From the sequence record SRR22947725_2292: DNA of 64,000 bases; one strand, 5' to 3'. The position numbers were made by a program, and so were the translations under genes. Positions 20,697 through 29,870 of the stretch are shown piece by piece. Positions within the stretch are counted from its first letter, which is position 1. Every line of letters begins with the position of its first letter. Under the pieces are notes generated by a model. That model worked only from the letters and a program-made list of their open reading frames with translations. It was not told where the DNA came from and did not search any database.

Positions 20697-21077
20697 ATGC
20701 GCCCACTCATTCTTTGTCTATCTCTTACACTAACTCTTTTTCTCAATACCGGTTGTGTTCTTCTTCTACTTGGTGGCGGCATTGGAGCGGGGACAGTTCA
20801 TGTAAAAGGAAAAGTAGAGGCTAACCTTAAAGCAAATGTCAAAAAGACTCACAACGTCACTCTCCAAGCTATGAAAAAACTTGGCTATATTCATGTCAAA
20901 AGTAGTCAAAACTCTCTAAAGGCAGAGCATACTTATAGAACAGAGAAGGATGAAAAGATAAAGATTTATATAGAGTGGCTCAGCGACAGCAGCGTCCATA
21001 TATTAATCCGAGTTGACTTCTTTGGCGACAAAAACCTTTCTCAGCAAATTCTCGACGAAATTAAGAAGAATATCTAG
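20697..21077 (+). CDS. DUF3568-like lipoprotein
   Basis: NTGC lipobox followed by Gly-rich LLLGGGIGAG; C-terminal IRVDFFGDKNLSQQILDEI. Confidence 0.7.
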   Translation: MRPLILCLSLTLTLFLNTGCVLLLLGGGIGAGTVHVKGKVEANLKANVKKTHNVTLQAMKKLGYIHVKSSQNSLKAEHTYRTEKDEKIKIYIEWLSDSSVHILIRVDFFGDKNLSQQILDEIKKNI

Positions 21078-21831
21078 AAGTAATGAATTCCTTAAAAAAG
21101 GGGTCAATTGCTTCTAAGTTTGCCTTCTTTGGGGATTTAAATTTAATTTTTGTAAGGCACTCTATCTCGGATAAAACGTACTGTCTAAGATCCTCATAGG
21201 AGGAGCAAGTATCTTTTTCCCTTAATACTTTTTTCTCCTCTACTAGCTGACAAACCCTGTCAATGTACTCTTCACTTATTAAATCTGTTATGAGCATATC
21301 TTGAAAAATAACCGGGGGCATCGTTTCATACTTTTGAACCCAACGGCAAGCCAATAAAGGTCTTAACGCATAGAAAAGTTTTTTAACATTAAAGACTTTT
21401 TCCGTCAAATGTTTTTTCCATGTCGATTTTGCTGTCCCAAGATAATGCCAAAAAGATTTCGCTGGAACGAATACATCTGATTGTAAGCCTCGCATTTTCT
21501 GACAAAAATCGAAACGTTCATGATAGACTATTGGAGAATTAATCCATTCAAAAATCGACATATTGTTGTTGCTAAATAGACTCAAGGCCTTCTTCACATC
21601 CCAGCCATCCAAATCAAGTAGATCATCTACGGGAAAATTCATGGTATCTTTAGATTCAAAAACCGAGAGATAAAAATCTTCGGGGTGAGCATAAATAAAC
21701 CTCACATCATAGTCGGAATCACGGGATTCAAAACCCCAAGCGCGACTGCCACTTTCACAGGCATATAACACAGTAATTCCTGAAGATTCGATCTTGGCGA
21801 TTTCACTATTTATCCTTTCAAGCATACCCAT
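21061..21831 (-). CDS. Pol-beta superfamily nucleotidyltransferase (PF10127/RlaP-like, YcgL type)
   Basis: YACESGSRAWGFESRDSDYDVRFIY, GWDVKKAL, EWINSPIVY and KKLFYALRPLLA motifs; probable start 21831 or 21825, overlapping the upstream stop. Confidence 0.88.
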   Translation of the reverse strand: MGMLERINSEIAKIESSGITVLYACESGSRAWGFESRDSDYDVRFIYAHPEDFYLSVFESKDTMNFPVDDLLDLDGWDVKKALSLFSNNNMSIFEWINSPIVYHERFDFCQKMRGLQSDVFVPAKSFWHYLGTAKSTWKKHLTEKVFNVKKLFYALRPLLACRWVQKYETMPPVIFQDMLITDLISEEYIDRVCQLVEEKKVLREKDTCSSYEDLRQYVLSEIECLTKIKFKSPKKANLEAIDPFFKEFITSRYSS

Positions 21832-22909
21832 AAGCCGTCCTTTCTTGCCACGCTTCATAAATTTTAAAATGGAGAGAATCAATTCTGTCTTTATCGACAC
21901 CATCCTTAAGATTCGATTTATCTACTATATACCTCATTTCCTGAGCTAACTCTTCGGCAATTTCAATAAGCTCTTCATACGAGAACTTACCTGCACGTAC
22001 AGCTAAGAGAAAGTCTCTTTTCTCTCCTGAAAAAGACACCAAGGGAGCATTATTCTCTAAAATATTTATTCCTGAATAAAGCAACCTTAAAGTATGCATC
22101 ATATTTTTCGCATCATAATCTAATTCACCGCTCTCTTGCTTAATCCAACGGTTTTCATTTCGATGCTCAACCCACTGCCAATAATGGCGGTGATCTTTTA
22201 GGGCTTTTTCATAAGCATCTTTATTAAAAGTCAAAAGACCCCAAAACTGACTTTTCTCACAATCCTGGCTAATGCTCTGACACTTAATCTGACCGTCTTT
22301 TGAAAAGACCCCTCGCCCACTTTCACCTACCTGATAAAGCCTATAAACGCCTTTGTGATGCTCTAAAGATGAAACTTCGCACTGCGCCAAGTTGAGTTTG
22401 GACTCATCCAAACGCTTAGGCCTAAAAGGCAACTCGCTCTCTTGCCGAGTCACCCAACAAAAATTCTTTTTTGTCGGTCGCTCTACTGGCTGAGGATTAT
22501 TCACCCACTTATTGCGGCCTTTTGCCTTTTTAATTTGGGCTTCAGCATAGCGTAAATGAGGGTCAACGCATGCCTTTGAAATGAATAATTGACGTTGCTG
22601 TAAAAGCAGGGACATTTCAGGTAATACTTGTTTATGCATCTTTTCATCTACAAACAGCATTTCGATTATATTGGGATTCGCCGTAGAAGCTAATTCAAGG
22701 AAGCGCCTCAAGCTGTAGTAGGATATATCATTACCAGTATCATTTATTTGCTCATTGGGCGCCCTAAGGGAAAGATACTTTTGTGGGGGCACTACAAATA
22801 TGCCCTTAAAGTCCTCATCACTTGATTCGGTATTTAAATTATATGAATGACTACCACTTAATGTTTTATAAATTAGGAATTCTGACTTTTCTAAATCATC
22901 TATATTCAT
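21818..22909 (-). CDS. Pol-beta superfamily nucleotidyltransferase (PF10127/RlaP-like)
   Basis: SGSHSYNLNTESSDEDFKGIF, ANPNIIEMLF, YDAKNMMHTLRLL and LLAVRAG motifs; probable start ATG 22909. Confidence 0.88.
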   Translation of the reverse strand: MNIDDLEKSEFLIYKTLSGSHSYNLNTESSDEDFKGIFVVPPQKYLSLRAPNEQINDTGNDISYYSLRRFLELASTANPNIIEMLFVDEKMHKQVLPEMSLLLQQRQLFISKACVDPHLRYAEAQIKKAKGRNKWVNNPQPVERPTKKNFCWVTRQESELPFRPKRLDESKLNLAQCEVSSLEHHKGVYRLYQVGESGRGVFSKDGQIKCQSISQDCEKSQFWGLLTFNKDAYEKALKDHRHYWQWVEHRNENRWIKQESGELDYDAKNMMHTLRLLYSGINILENNAPLVSFSGEKRDFLLAVRAGKFSYEELIEIAEELAQEMRYIVDKSNLKDGVDKDRIDSLHFKIYEAWQERTAYGYA

Positions 22910-23116
22910 ATTTGCTCTCACTCTAAACCTAAGCAATTTAAACATGCATAACGGTCATACAAATTACTCTCTCTCATGTAATTCAACTCATTTCGTTTTT
23001 GTAAAAAGCATAGTTTATTCAACCGAATTCTGGTAGATTCGCTAGTTACAGAATTGCATTACCCCTAATCCTACTCTAGTCTTAGGAACTCAATTTTTGA
23101 TTAAAACCTTGGAAAT

Positions 23117-23647
23117 ATGCCGAAATTTAATGATAGCGAAGTTAACTTTACCATCGATCGAGATTATGGAATCAACCTTTCCTACCTGATTGATCAAAAG
23201 GAATTTATTACCGTTTACGATGGTGACTTCCCCCGCAAAGTAGTTCTCGACATAACTAGCTGGAAAGGTATCACTGCTGGTGCTATGCATTGTTACGGTG
23301 AACTTAAAATCTCTAGTTTAAGTGGCAAACGCAAAAGTAATAACATAAAGGTTGAACTGGGACCCCACGCTCCAGATGAAGCCAAATCTTTACAAATACA
23401 GCTTACTAGACCTTTGCGCCGTAGAGACCTAAGAATTGATGCCGGAGAACGCTTTAAAGGCGCTAAACTGGGCGAAAGAATTAAAAACTTTGATTCAAAA
23501 GAAGAAGTTGAAGAAGCTGCCATAGCTTTTTTCTCAAAGCACTTTTCTAGTGGATGGAAGTTAGTAAAGATCACTCCCAAAAAGAGTTCAATGATCCATG
23601 GTACTGCTATCGTCAATCACGAAAGTACATTACTTGAATTAACGTAA
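23117..23647 (+). CDS. Hypothetical protein
   Basis: 176-aa ORF filling the gap between known genes; no recognisable motif. Confidence 0.65.
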   Translation: MPKFNDSEVNFTIDRDYGINLSYLIDQKEFITVYDGDFPRKVVLDITSWKGITAGAMHCYGELKISSLSGKRKSNNIKVELGPHAPDEAKSLQIQLTRPLRRRDLRIDAGERFKGAKLGERIKNFDSKEEVEEAAIAFFSKHFSSGWKLVKITPKKSSMIHGTAIVNHESTLLELT

Positions 23648-23649
23648 AC

Positions 23650-24948
23650 TTAGTAGTAACAGCGTTTGTATACTGTTCCCGGATTAGGCTTTACTGCAAA
23701 AGTTTCCCCATAACAAAAGGTAATCACTTCATCTTTTTCGATTAGGCCTTTTTGACGCATATCATGTTCAAGTTTTTGTGTCTGCTTCATGCCAAGCTTC
23801 TTATCTTCGCCAGAAAAGTCGCGATTCAATGATATTTCGCGAACCGCAAACTGTGAATGAAAAAACTTACGCAAGACTTCACCACAAGCATGAGCAATAA
23901 GCATCACTGGCAAATCCCGTTCTTCGCGCTCAAAAGAACTTAGGTCCACCCCTTCTTTAAGGCCGATTCCTAAGTAGCCAGTTCCACCTTCCTCTAAAAC
24001 ATCGATGCAGTGCTCAAAAAGCTCAATATGCTCGCCAGTATCACAGAGGATGGCATAATCCTTTGAATTAGGCATGAACTTGACTAAGCCGTCTACCAGT
24101 ATGAAATCGGGCCCATCGTCATTAGCCGTTGCTTCAGCAGAATTCATATTAAAAACTTCAGGTGCTGACAGACCTCGAATTGGCAATTTATTGGAGGCAC
24201 CTCTATTCATATCAGCCCTAAAATGGTTAGCTCCAAGACCTAAACCAAGAATGAATACATGACCATCGTGGCAAATGCTATGAATCATACCAAAAGCTAA
24301 TTCTTGAATAATCTCCAAATTTCTTTCGCTTAAGAAATTATCATAAACTGCCATGATCGCAGGATGAGACTTAGCGATACTTAGTTTATTTTTGTAGGCA
24401 TGAACAAGAAGGTAAAAAATGAAATTATGAAGATCTTCAATGGCCTCCATACAGATATTTTGAACGATGATGAAATTCTCTGCGGGAACAACACTTTTGA
24501 GTTTACCCCCGTCGCGCCCACCTAAAGCGAAAATAGTGGCGCCCTGCTGACTGGCAAACCGCAGGCCACTGACGACATTTTCAGAATTCCCAGAACCAGA
24601 AATACCGATAACAACATCGGCATCAGATAAGTTATCCTGCTTAAAACCCTCGGCGTAAATATCGCCATAACTTTGTTCATACATGGTGTGAAAATAATCA
24701 TCTACAACTCCTGGAACTTTGGCATCTATGCCTTGCCCCCTGAGCATAAGTGTCATCCACCGAGAATTATCAAAAGAGCCGCCGTTGCCTAAAATAAAAA
24801 CCCGACCCTTACCAAGAGTTTTTAATTTTTGGTAAAGCTTATCGATTTGTTGTAGTGGTAGGCTCTCTAAAGAAGAGCGCAGATCTACACCATCTTTTCT
24901 GATTCCGAAATAACTGCGAAAATCATGTAATAAGGAATGTTTTTCCAT
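23650..24948 (-). CDS. Tandem SIS-domain protein (phosphoheptose isomerase GmhA-like)
   Basis: VFILGNGGS, IGISGSGNSENV, GGRDGGKL and IEDLH motifs; a second SIS-like half with VFILGLG...TANDDG. Confidence 0.75.
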   Translation of the reverse strand: MEKHSLLHDFRSYFGIRKDGVDLRSSLESLPLQQIDKLYQKLKTLGKGRVFILGNGGSFDNSRWMTLMLRGQGIDAKVPGVVDDYFHTMYEQSYGDIYAEGFKQDNLSDADVVIGISGSGNSENVVSGLRFASQQGATIFALGGRDGGKLKSVVPAENFIIVQNICMEAIEDLHNFIFYLLVHAYKNKLSIAKSHPAIMAVYDNFLSERNLEIIQELAFGMIHSICHDGHVFILGLGLGANHFRADMNRGASNKLPIRGLSAPEVFNMNSAEATANDDGPDFILVDGLVKFMPNSKDYAILCDTGEHIELFEHCIDVLEEGGTGYLGIGLKEGVDLSSFEREERDLPVMLIAHACGEVLRKFFHSQFAVREISLNRDFSGEDKKLGMKQTQKLEHDMRQKGLIEKDEVITFCYGETFAVKPNPGTVYKRCYY

Positions 24949-25137
24949 ATGGGGTCAGTATCTCTTCCTAATGGAGTTATTTAAGCTTCGTCATCATCAT
25001 GGCATACTGTAATCGATCTTTAAAAACAGACTATCACAAAAATACAAAAGTCGTGAAGAATAAGCAATAACAAGATGGAAACAACATTGTTAGATTTCAT
25101 TCTGTATAAGGGCGACCTATATTAGCAAAAATTTAAA

Positions 25138-26157
25138 ATGGGTCACAAAATGCAAAAAGTATTAGTCACAGGGGGAGCCGGCTACATTGGCTCTCATACT
25201 TGTCTTGTTCTCTTAGAAGCAGGTCACGAAGTCGTCGTCGTTGACAATTTATGTAACTCCTCAAAAGAATCACTTCACAGGGTTAAAAAGCTAACCGGTA
25301 AGTCTGTTACTTTTTACGAAGTCGACCTTATGAATAAAGCTGATGTTCTCGATGTCCTCAAAAAAGAGCAAGGTATCGATTCCGTGATTCACTTTGCCGC
25401 TTTAAAAGCTGTGGGCGAATCCGTCGAAAAACCTCTGATGTACTACAAAAACAATATTAGTGGTACGATCAATCTACTTGAATGCATGCAGGAGGTTAAC
25501 ATTCGAAATATAGTTTTTAGCTCCTCTGCCACCGTTTATGGCGATGCCAAAGAGATCCCTGTACCTGAAACTGCCCCACTCGGTGCAACCAACCCTTATG
25601 GCCAGACAAAGTTCATGATGGAGGTCATACTCACAGACTGCGCCAAAGCCAACCAAGGCATGAACGTCACCTTGCTCAGATACTTCAACCCAGTAGGGGC
25701 TCATGAATCTGGTGCAATTGGCGAAGATCCTGAATTCCCCAACAATCTCTTACCTTTTGTACAACAAGTTGCTGCTGGGATCCGCCCTAAAGTCTTTATT
25801 TTCGGTGATGACTATGATACACCGGATGGTACGGGAGTTCGCGACTACATCCACGTTATGGACCTTGCTGACGCTCATGCTGCTGCCATTGCTAAAATGG
25901 ATAAGGTTAAAATTTACAATGTCGGAACTGGAACGGGCTATTCCGTAAAAGAAATGATTGAAGAATTTCGACAAATTTCTGGAAGTGAAATCCCCGTTGA
26001 AGTGACCGATCGCCGCGAAGGTGATGTCGCTATGCTTACAGCGAAAGCCGATTTAATCAAAAACGAATTAGGTTGGACTGCCAAGCGCGGTCTCAAAGAA
26101 ATGATTACTGATGCTTGGCGCTGGCAAAGCCAAAACCCCAAAGGCTTTCGCGCTTAA
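25138..26157 (+). CDS. galE: UDP-glucose 4-epimerase
   Basis: GGAGYIGSH, HFAALKAVGES, SSSATVYG, YGQTK, LRYFNPVGAH and DGTGVRDYIHV motifs. Confidence 0.95.
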   Translation: MGHKMQKVLVTGGAGYIGSHTCLVLLEAGHEVVVVDNLCNSSKESLHRVKKLTGKSVTFYEVDLMNKADVLDVLKKEQGIDSVIHFAALKAVGESVEKPLMYYKNNISGTINLLECMQEVNIRNIVFSSSATVYGDAKEIPVPETAPLGATNPYGQTKFMMEVILTDCAKANQGMNVTLLRYFNPVGAHESGAIGEDPEFPNNLLPFVQQVAAGIRPKVFIFGDDYDTPDGTGVRDYIHVMDLADAHAAAIAKMDKVKIYNVGTGTGYSVKEMIEEFRQISGSEIPVEVTDRREGDVAMLTAKADLIKNELGWTAKRGLKEMITDAWRWQSQNPKGFRA

Positions 26158-26163
26158 TAATAG

Positions 26164-26181
26164 GCCGGTCAAAAGACCGGC
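26164..26181. terminator. Hairpin between galE and ccsA
   Basis: GCCGGTC-AAAA-GACCGGC. Confidence 0.6.
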
Positions 26182-26188
26182 TATAAGC

Positions 26189-28234
26189 TTAGGCTTCGTT
26201 AGCTAATGCTTCTCTTTCTTTACTGAAGTGACTCCAGACTTTAAGAGGGAGTGAGCAAGCAATAATAAAGATTAAATTAAACAGCACAAATATAGATAAC
26301 CAAAATTGGCCTGAACTGGTAAAGCCGTAACTGTGAAGGCCAACACTGAGCATATTGACTCCAAACCAGCTCCAAGCCGTCACAATATTTCCGAAAATAC
26401 AGAGAGCCGCTAAGCCTTTTGTTCTAATCATTCGAGACCAAGTGGCGTGAAGAATGACTGCATTCCAAAGAACAATCATCAAAGCGCCATTCTCTTTAGG
26501 GTCCCAACCCCAAAAGCGACCCCATGAATCATCGGCCCAAAGGCCACCAAGGACTGTTCCGACAAAACTCAAGAACATTCCATAACAGATAACGCCATAC
26601 ATAGCTCTGTGAAGTTCTTTCTCAAACTCAGGTGAAACTCGTTTAAACAACTTAGCGATAACCCAAACCATACCAATACCACCAGCTAGGAAAGTCGCTG
26701 TATAACCGAGAGTAATGGTGATGACGTGTGTCGCTAACCAAAACTTGGTATCTAACACGGCAACCATTGTACCCATGGTATCTCCATCACCTGAAAGGTT
26801 GACCGAAATGAACAGACAGATAAAACCGGCAATAGCACTTACCAAAACGCCAAAGAAGCGCTTGTACATCAATTCCAAAACAAAACCAATGTAGCCAACA
26901 CCTAAGCCAATGAAAATCGCTGAGGAATAAAGATTCGTCACTGGTGGGTACCCTGATATATGATAGCGACACCAAACTGCAAAACTGTGAACCAATAGAG
27001 TAATTGTAAAACCAATAATCGTTATCTTCCAAAATTGCTCACGCCAAAATAATAAGCCAAAGCAGCCAATAACGAAAAGCATCACATAGAAAACCATACT
27101 TAAATAGAAGGGGCTCATGTGATTGAAAAAGCGCTCAAAGCCCATCTTACCAAGGGCCACACCCCAAAGGTCATTTTGACTATCTAAGTAACTACGGCTA
27201 TTAAAGGCCCAAGTTAAAATTGATTCTTTTTTCTCATAAAGTTCCTTACCTTCCAAACCGGCAAGTTCTTTATCCATATTTTTTTCGCGCTCATCGATCT
27301 TAGCTTTCTTATCGACTAAAAAGCTGCGTGTTTTATCGATATTCTCTTTAGATACCTGCTTAAATTCAGTGAGTCCTTCATTGAAGGCCGCATAATCATC
27401 AGCTTTCCAAGATGATAACATCTTTTTCATCGCCGTCCAACTGGCAGTTTCCTTCTCACCACTGAACTTTCTTACATTCATGAAAATAACGCTTTCCCAT
27501 TCACCTTTTGCTGTTGGAATAGGACGCGGAGAATTACTACCGATAAATTGTGACAATTGATTGTAGCTCAAAACAACCATATCATCTGTAATATCCTGGG
27601 TGATATGAGAGATTGTTAAGTGATCGTAAAGGTTTAATTTTTTAGCGAGACTCAGAACGGAGGTCTGGTATACATCCCTCTTTTTAACGTCGACTTCACT
27701 CGCTGTTCTTGCTTCTTCCAAAACAAAATTGCGGCGACTTGTCCCATGTGAATGGCCATCCGCATGCTTATGCTCAATCTCAAGTTCACCATAAAGTTCG
27801 CCAGGAGTGTATTTAAAATGTTCTTTACTGCGGTCTGGCAACTTCAACTTTTCAATGAGTTCAAGGTTGTAGATACGAAAGCACTTATAAGAACTGGCGC
27901 GTTCATTTCCAGAAATGATATCGAGCATCCACACTGCTGGTGGAATTTGCACTTTCTTCTTAGGTGAGACCTCAAAATAAATATCCTCTGAATCGACTAG
28001 GACACGGAGGGCGTTTCGAGCTAGGGTATCGTAAGGCTTTAAGCGACCATCATACACCAAAGGTAGTTCGGCAAACTCATAAACATTTGGTACTGTCGCT
28101 GGGGCAGAACCTGTGACTTCAGTTAAAAACTTGTAGGCTTTACCTTTTTCATCGTCTTTAGGTGTTCTAGCTTTACTAAACGTGTAGCCTAAAAATAACA
28201 CTAGAGCAATAATAATAGGAGCTATTTTTTTCAT
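26189..28234 (-). CDS. ccsA: Cytochrome c biogenesis System II protein CcsA with large periplasmic N-terminal domain
   Basis: GRLKPYDTLAR; WLATHV; WWD motif GGLWADDSWGRFWGWDPKENG; GLHSYG. Confidence 0.9.
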   Translation of the reverse strand: MKKIAPIIIALVLFLGYTFSKARTPKDDEKGKAYKFLTEVTGSAPATVPNVYEFAELPLVYDGRLKPYDTLARNALRVLVDSEDIYFEVSPKKKVQIPPAVWMLDIISGNERASSYKCFRIYNLELIEKLKLPDRSKEHFKYTPGELYGELEIEHKHADGHSHGTSRRNFVLEEARTASEVDVKKRDVYQTSVLSLAKKLNLYDHLTISHITQDITDDMVVLSYNQLSQFIGSNSPRPIPTAKGEWESVIFMNVRKFSGEKETASWTAMKKMLSSWKADDYAAFNEGLTEFKQVSKENIDKTRSFLVDKKAKIDEREKNMDKELAGLEGKELYEKKESILTWAFNSRSYLDSQNDLWGVALGKMGFERFFNHMSPFYLSMVFYVMLFVIGCFGLLFWREQFWKITIIGFTITLLVHSFAVWCRYHISGYPPVTNLYSSAIFIGLGVGYIGFVLELMYKRFFGVLVSAIAGFICLFISVNLSGDGDTMGTMVAVLDTKFWLATHVITITLGYTATFLAGGIGMVWVIAKLFKRVSPEFEKELHRAMYGVICYGMFLSFVGTVLGGLWADDSWGRFWGWDPKENGALMIVLWNAVILHATWSRMIRTKGLAALCIFGNIVTAWSWFGVNMLSVGLHSYGFTSSGQFWLSIFVLFNLIFIIACSLPLKVWSHFSKEREALANEA

Positions 28235-29868
28235 GATTGTCTCCTTGAGAATCTAATTAAGGTCAACAGGAATTGGAAGAGCATTCCGACCCCGACAATA
28301 ACACAACATAAGTAAGGAATCATCCATCCTGGATTGTGAACAACTTGTAAAACTGTGCCTGATTCATCAGGAGCAAAACTCTGCTGATAAAAAGTACGGC
28401 CGGTATAACGAAGCGGATTATTCATTGAAATAAGAACCTTACGGTCAATCTCTTTATCTTTATCTTCAAGGTTAACCAAACTTGAGAAGTTCTTGGCGAC
28501 CGATGTACCCAAATAAGTATCATGGCGGAAATCGATTAGCTTGATGCTAACTGGCTGTTGAGAATCCATGGAGTAGAGGTAATCACGCCTATTCCTGAAC
28601 ATTAGCTTACGGGTTTCTCCATCAATTGTTATATCCTGAGCAAAAGCTGGGTTCCGCTCTATATACATGCGATGACTTAACACATACTTACCTAAGTCTT
28701 CACCCGATAGTGATTTAAACTCAGCAATGATAGCCGGTAAACTGACTCGTCCCTCTTCTACGCCTGTAGCTTCTTTAACAGGTACAAGTTTGTATTCTCT
28801 ACCCAAACCGGCAAAAGAATCATCATTGACATCTCGAGGTTTAATGTCAGCGCTTTTAAACCACTGTAAAACTTTAAATTCAAATGGTACGCCGTCTACC
28901 TTCTGCCATTCGCCAAGGTTTTTTAGGTAACTCATGGGAATCGTTAGACTCTTTTCCGACTTCCCTGGTAATCCAGGCTCAGAAACAGCCAATTCAAAAT
29001 CGCGAGATATATCGACATAAGAAGCAGATTCGCCTTCGGCTATAGTCATCGTTCCTTCTGTCGCATAAAAAGCGGTAATCAACTCAGCAAAAAGAAGAAG
29101 GATTATACCAAAGTGCAAAGTCACGATGCCTGCTCTTTTCTTAAAAAGAAGCCAGCAACCGACGAGTAATACCGTGGTCGCACCCAAGCCACTTAACAAG
29201 CGATACAAAACGCGCTTATAGGAATCTACATAAGCTGAAGGAATATCTTCTTTCTCAATACCCTGCTTTACTAAGTAGTACATGAAGAAAAGACCAAGAG
29301 CCGTCACGACAAAACCGGCAATACGGCGTCCTCCTTGAGCATTAATCTTAAACTTCAAACCATGGGCAGCTAACAAGTTAGCCAGTAGACAAGCACCCAC
29401 TACAAAACCACCGGGGAAGAAGAAATGTAAACGACTCAATTTCTCTCCGGGTTCACCTGGTACAAAAATTGATAAATCGACTCGAGAAAAAGCACAACGG
29501 AAATAAGCATCAACAATCTCCCAGATACCAGCTCCGGTCTGTGCTAGAGTACCGACAAAAACAAGAATTGAAGATACGGATAATAAGAAGACGGTAAATT
29601 TAAGAGAAGCTAAACACTTAATTGAACGCTTCAAAAGTTTATCCTTGCGGTAAAACTCTCCTAAAGGACGGCTAAAAGCAAACGCCAAAGATACCCACCA
29701 AAGGTTAAACCAGATTACAAAAGTCGTTATGCCATTTGCTTTTTGAAAGGTCTCTAAGCTTGGCAATAAGGCTTCCAAAAAACCAGGGACAATTAGGAAG
29801 AAACAGGTGATGATAGTGCTGAAGAAAAAGACATTTCTTTCAAGGATTGTTTTATTTTCGATACTCAT
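28231..29868 (-). CDS. ResB/CcsB-like cytochrome c biogenesis protein
   Basis: LASLKFTVFLL..GTLAQ, HFGIILLL, AKNFSSLV, ISMNNPLRYTGRTFYQQSF and NPGWMIPY motifs; ATGA overlap with ccsA. Confidence 0.85.
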   Translation of the reverse strand: MSIENKTILERNVFFFSTIITCFFLIVPGFLEALLPSLETFQKANGITTFVIWFNLWWVSLAFAFSRPLGEFYRKDKLLKRSIKCLASLKFTVFLLSVSSILVFVGTLAQTGAGIWEIVDAYFRCAFSRVDLSIFVPGEPGEKLSRLHFFFPGGFVVGACLLANLLAAHGLKFKINAQGGRRIAGFVVTALGLFFMYYLVKQGIEKEDIPSAYVDSYKRVLYRLLSGLGATTVLLVGCWLLFKKRAGIVTLHFGIILLLFAELITAFYATEGTMTIAEGESASYVDISRDFELAVSEPGLPGKSEKSLTIPMSYLKNLGEWQKVDGVPFEFKVLQWFKSADIKPRDVNDDSFAGLGREYKLVPVKEATGVEEGRVSLPAIIAEFKSLSGEDLGKYVLSHRMYIERNPAFAQDITIDGETRKLMFRNRRDYLYSMDSQQPVSIKLIDFRHDTYLGTSVAKNFSSLVNLEDKDKEIDRKVLISMNNPLRYTGRTFYQQSFAPDESGTVLQVVHNPGWMIPYLCCVIVGVGMLFQFLLTLIRFSRRQS

Positions 29869-29870
29869 TA

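Noticed and set aside
21832-21903. N-terminal extension of the second nucleotidyltransferase in the ORF track
   Set aside because: Overlaps the upstream gene by 86 nt; family similarity starts near 21831
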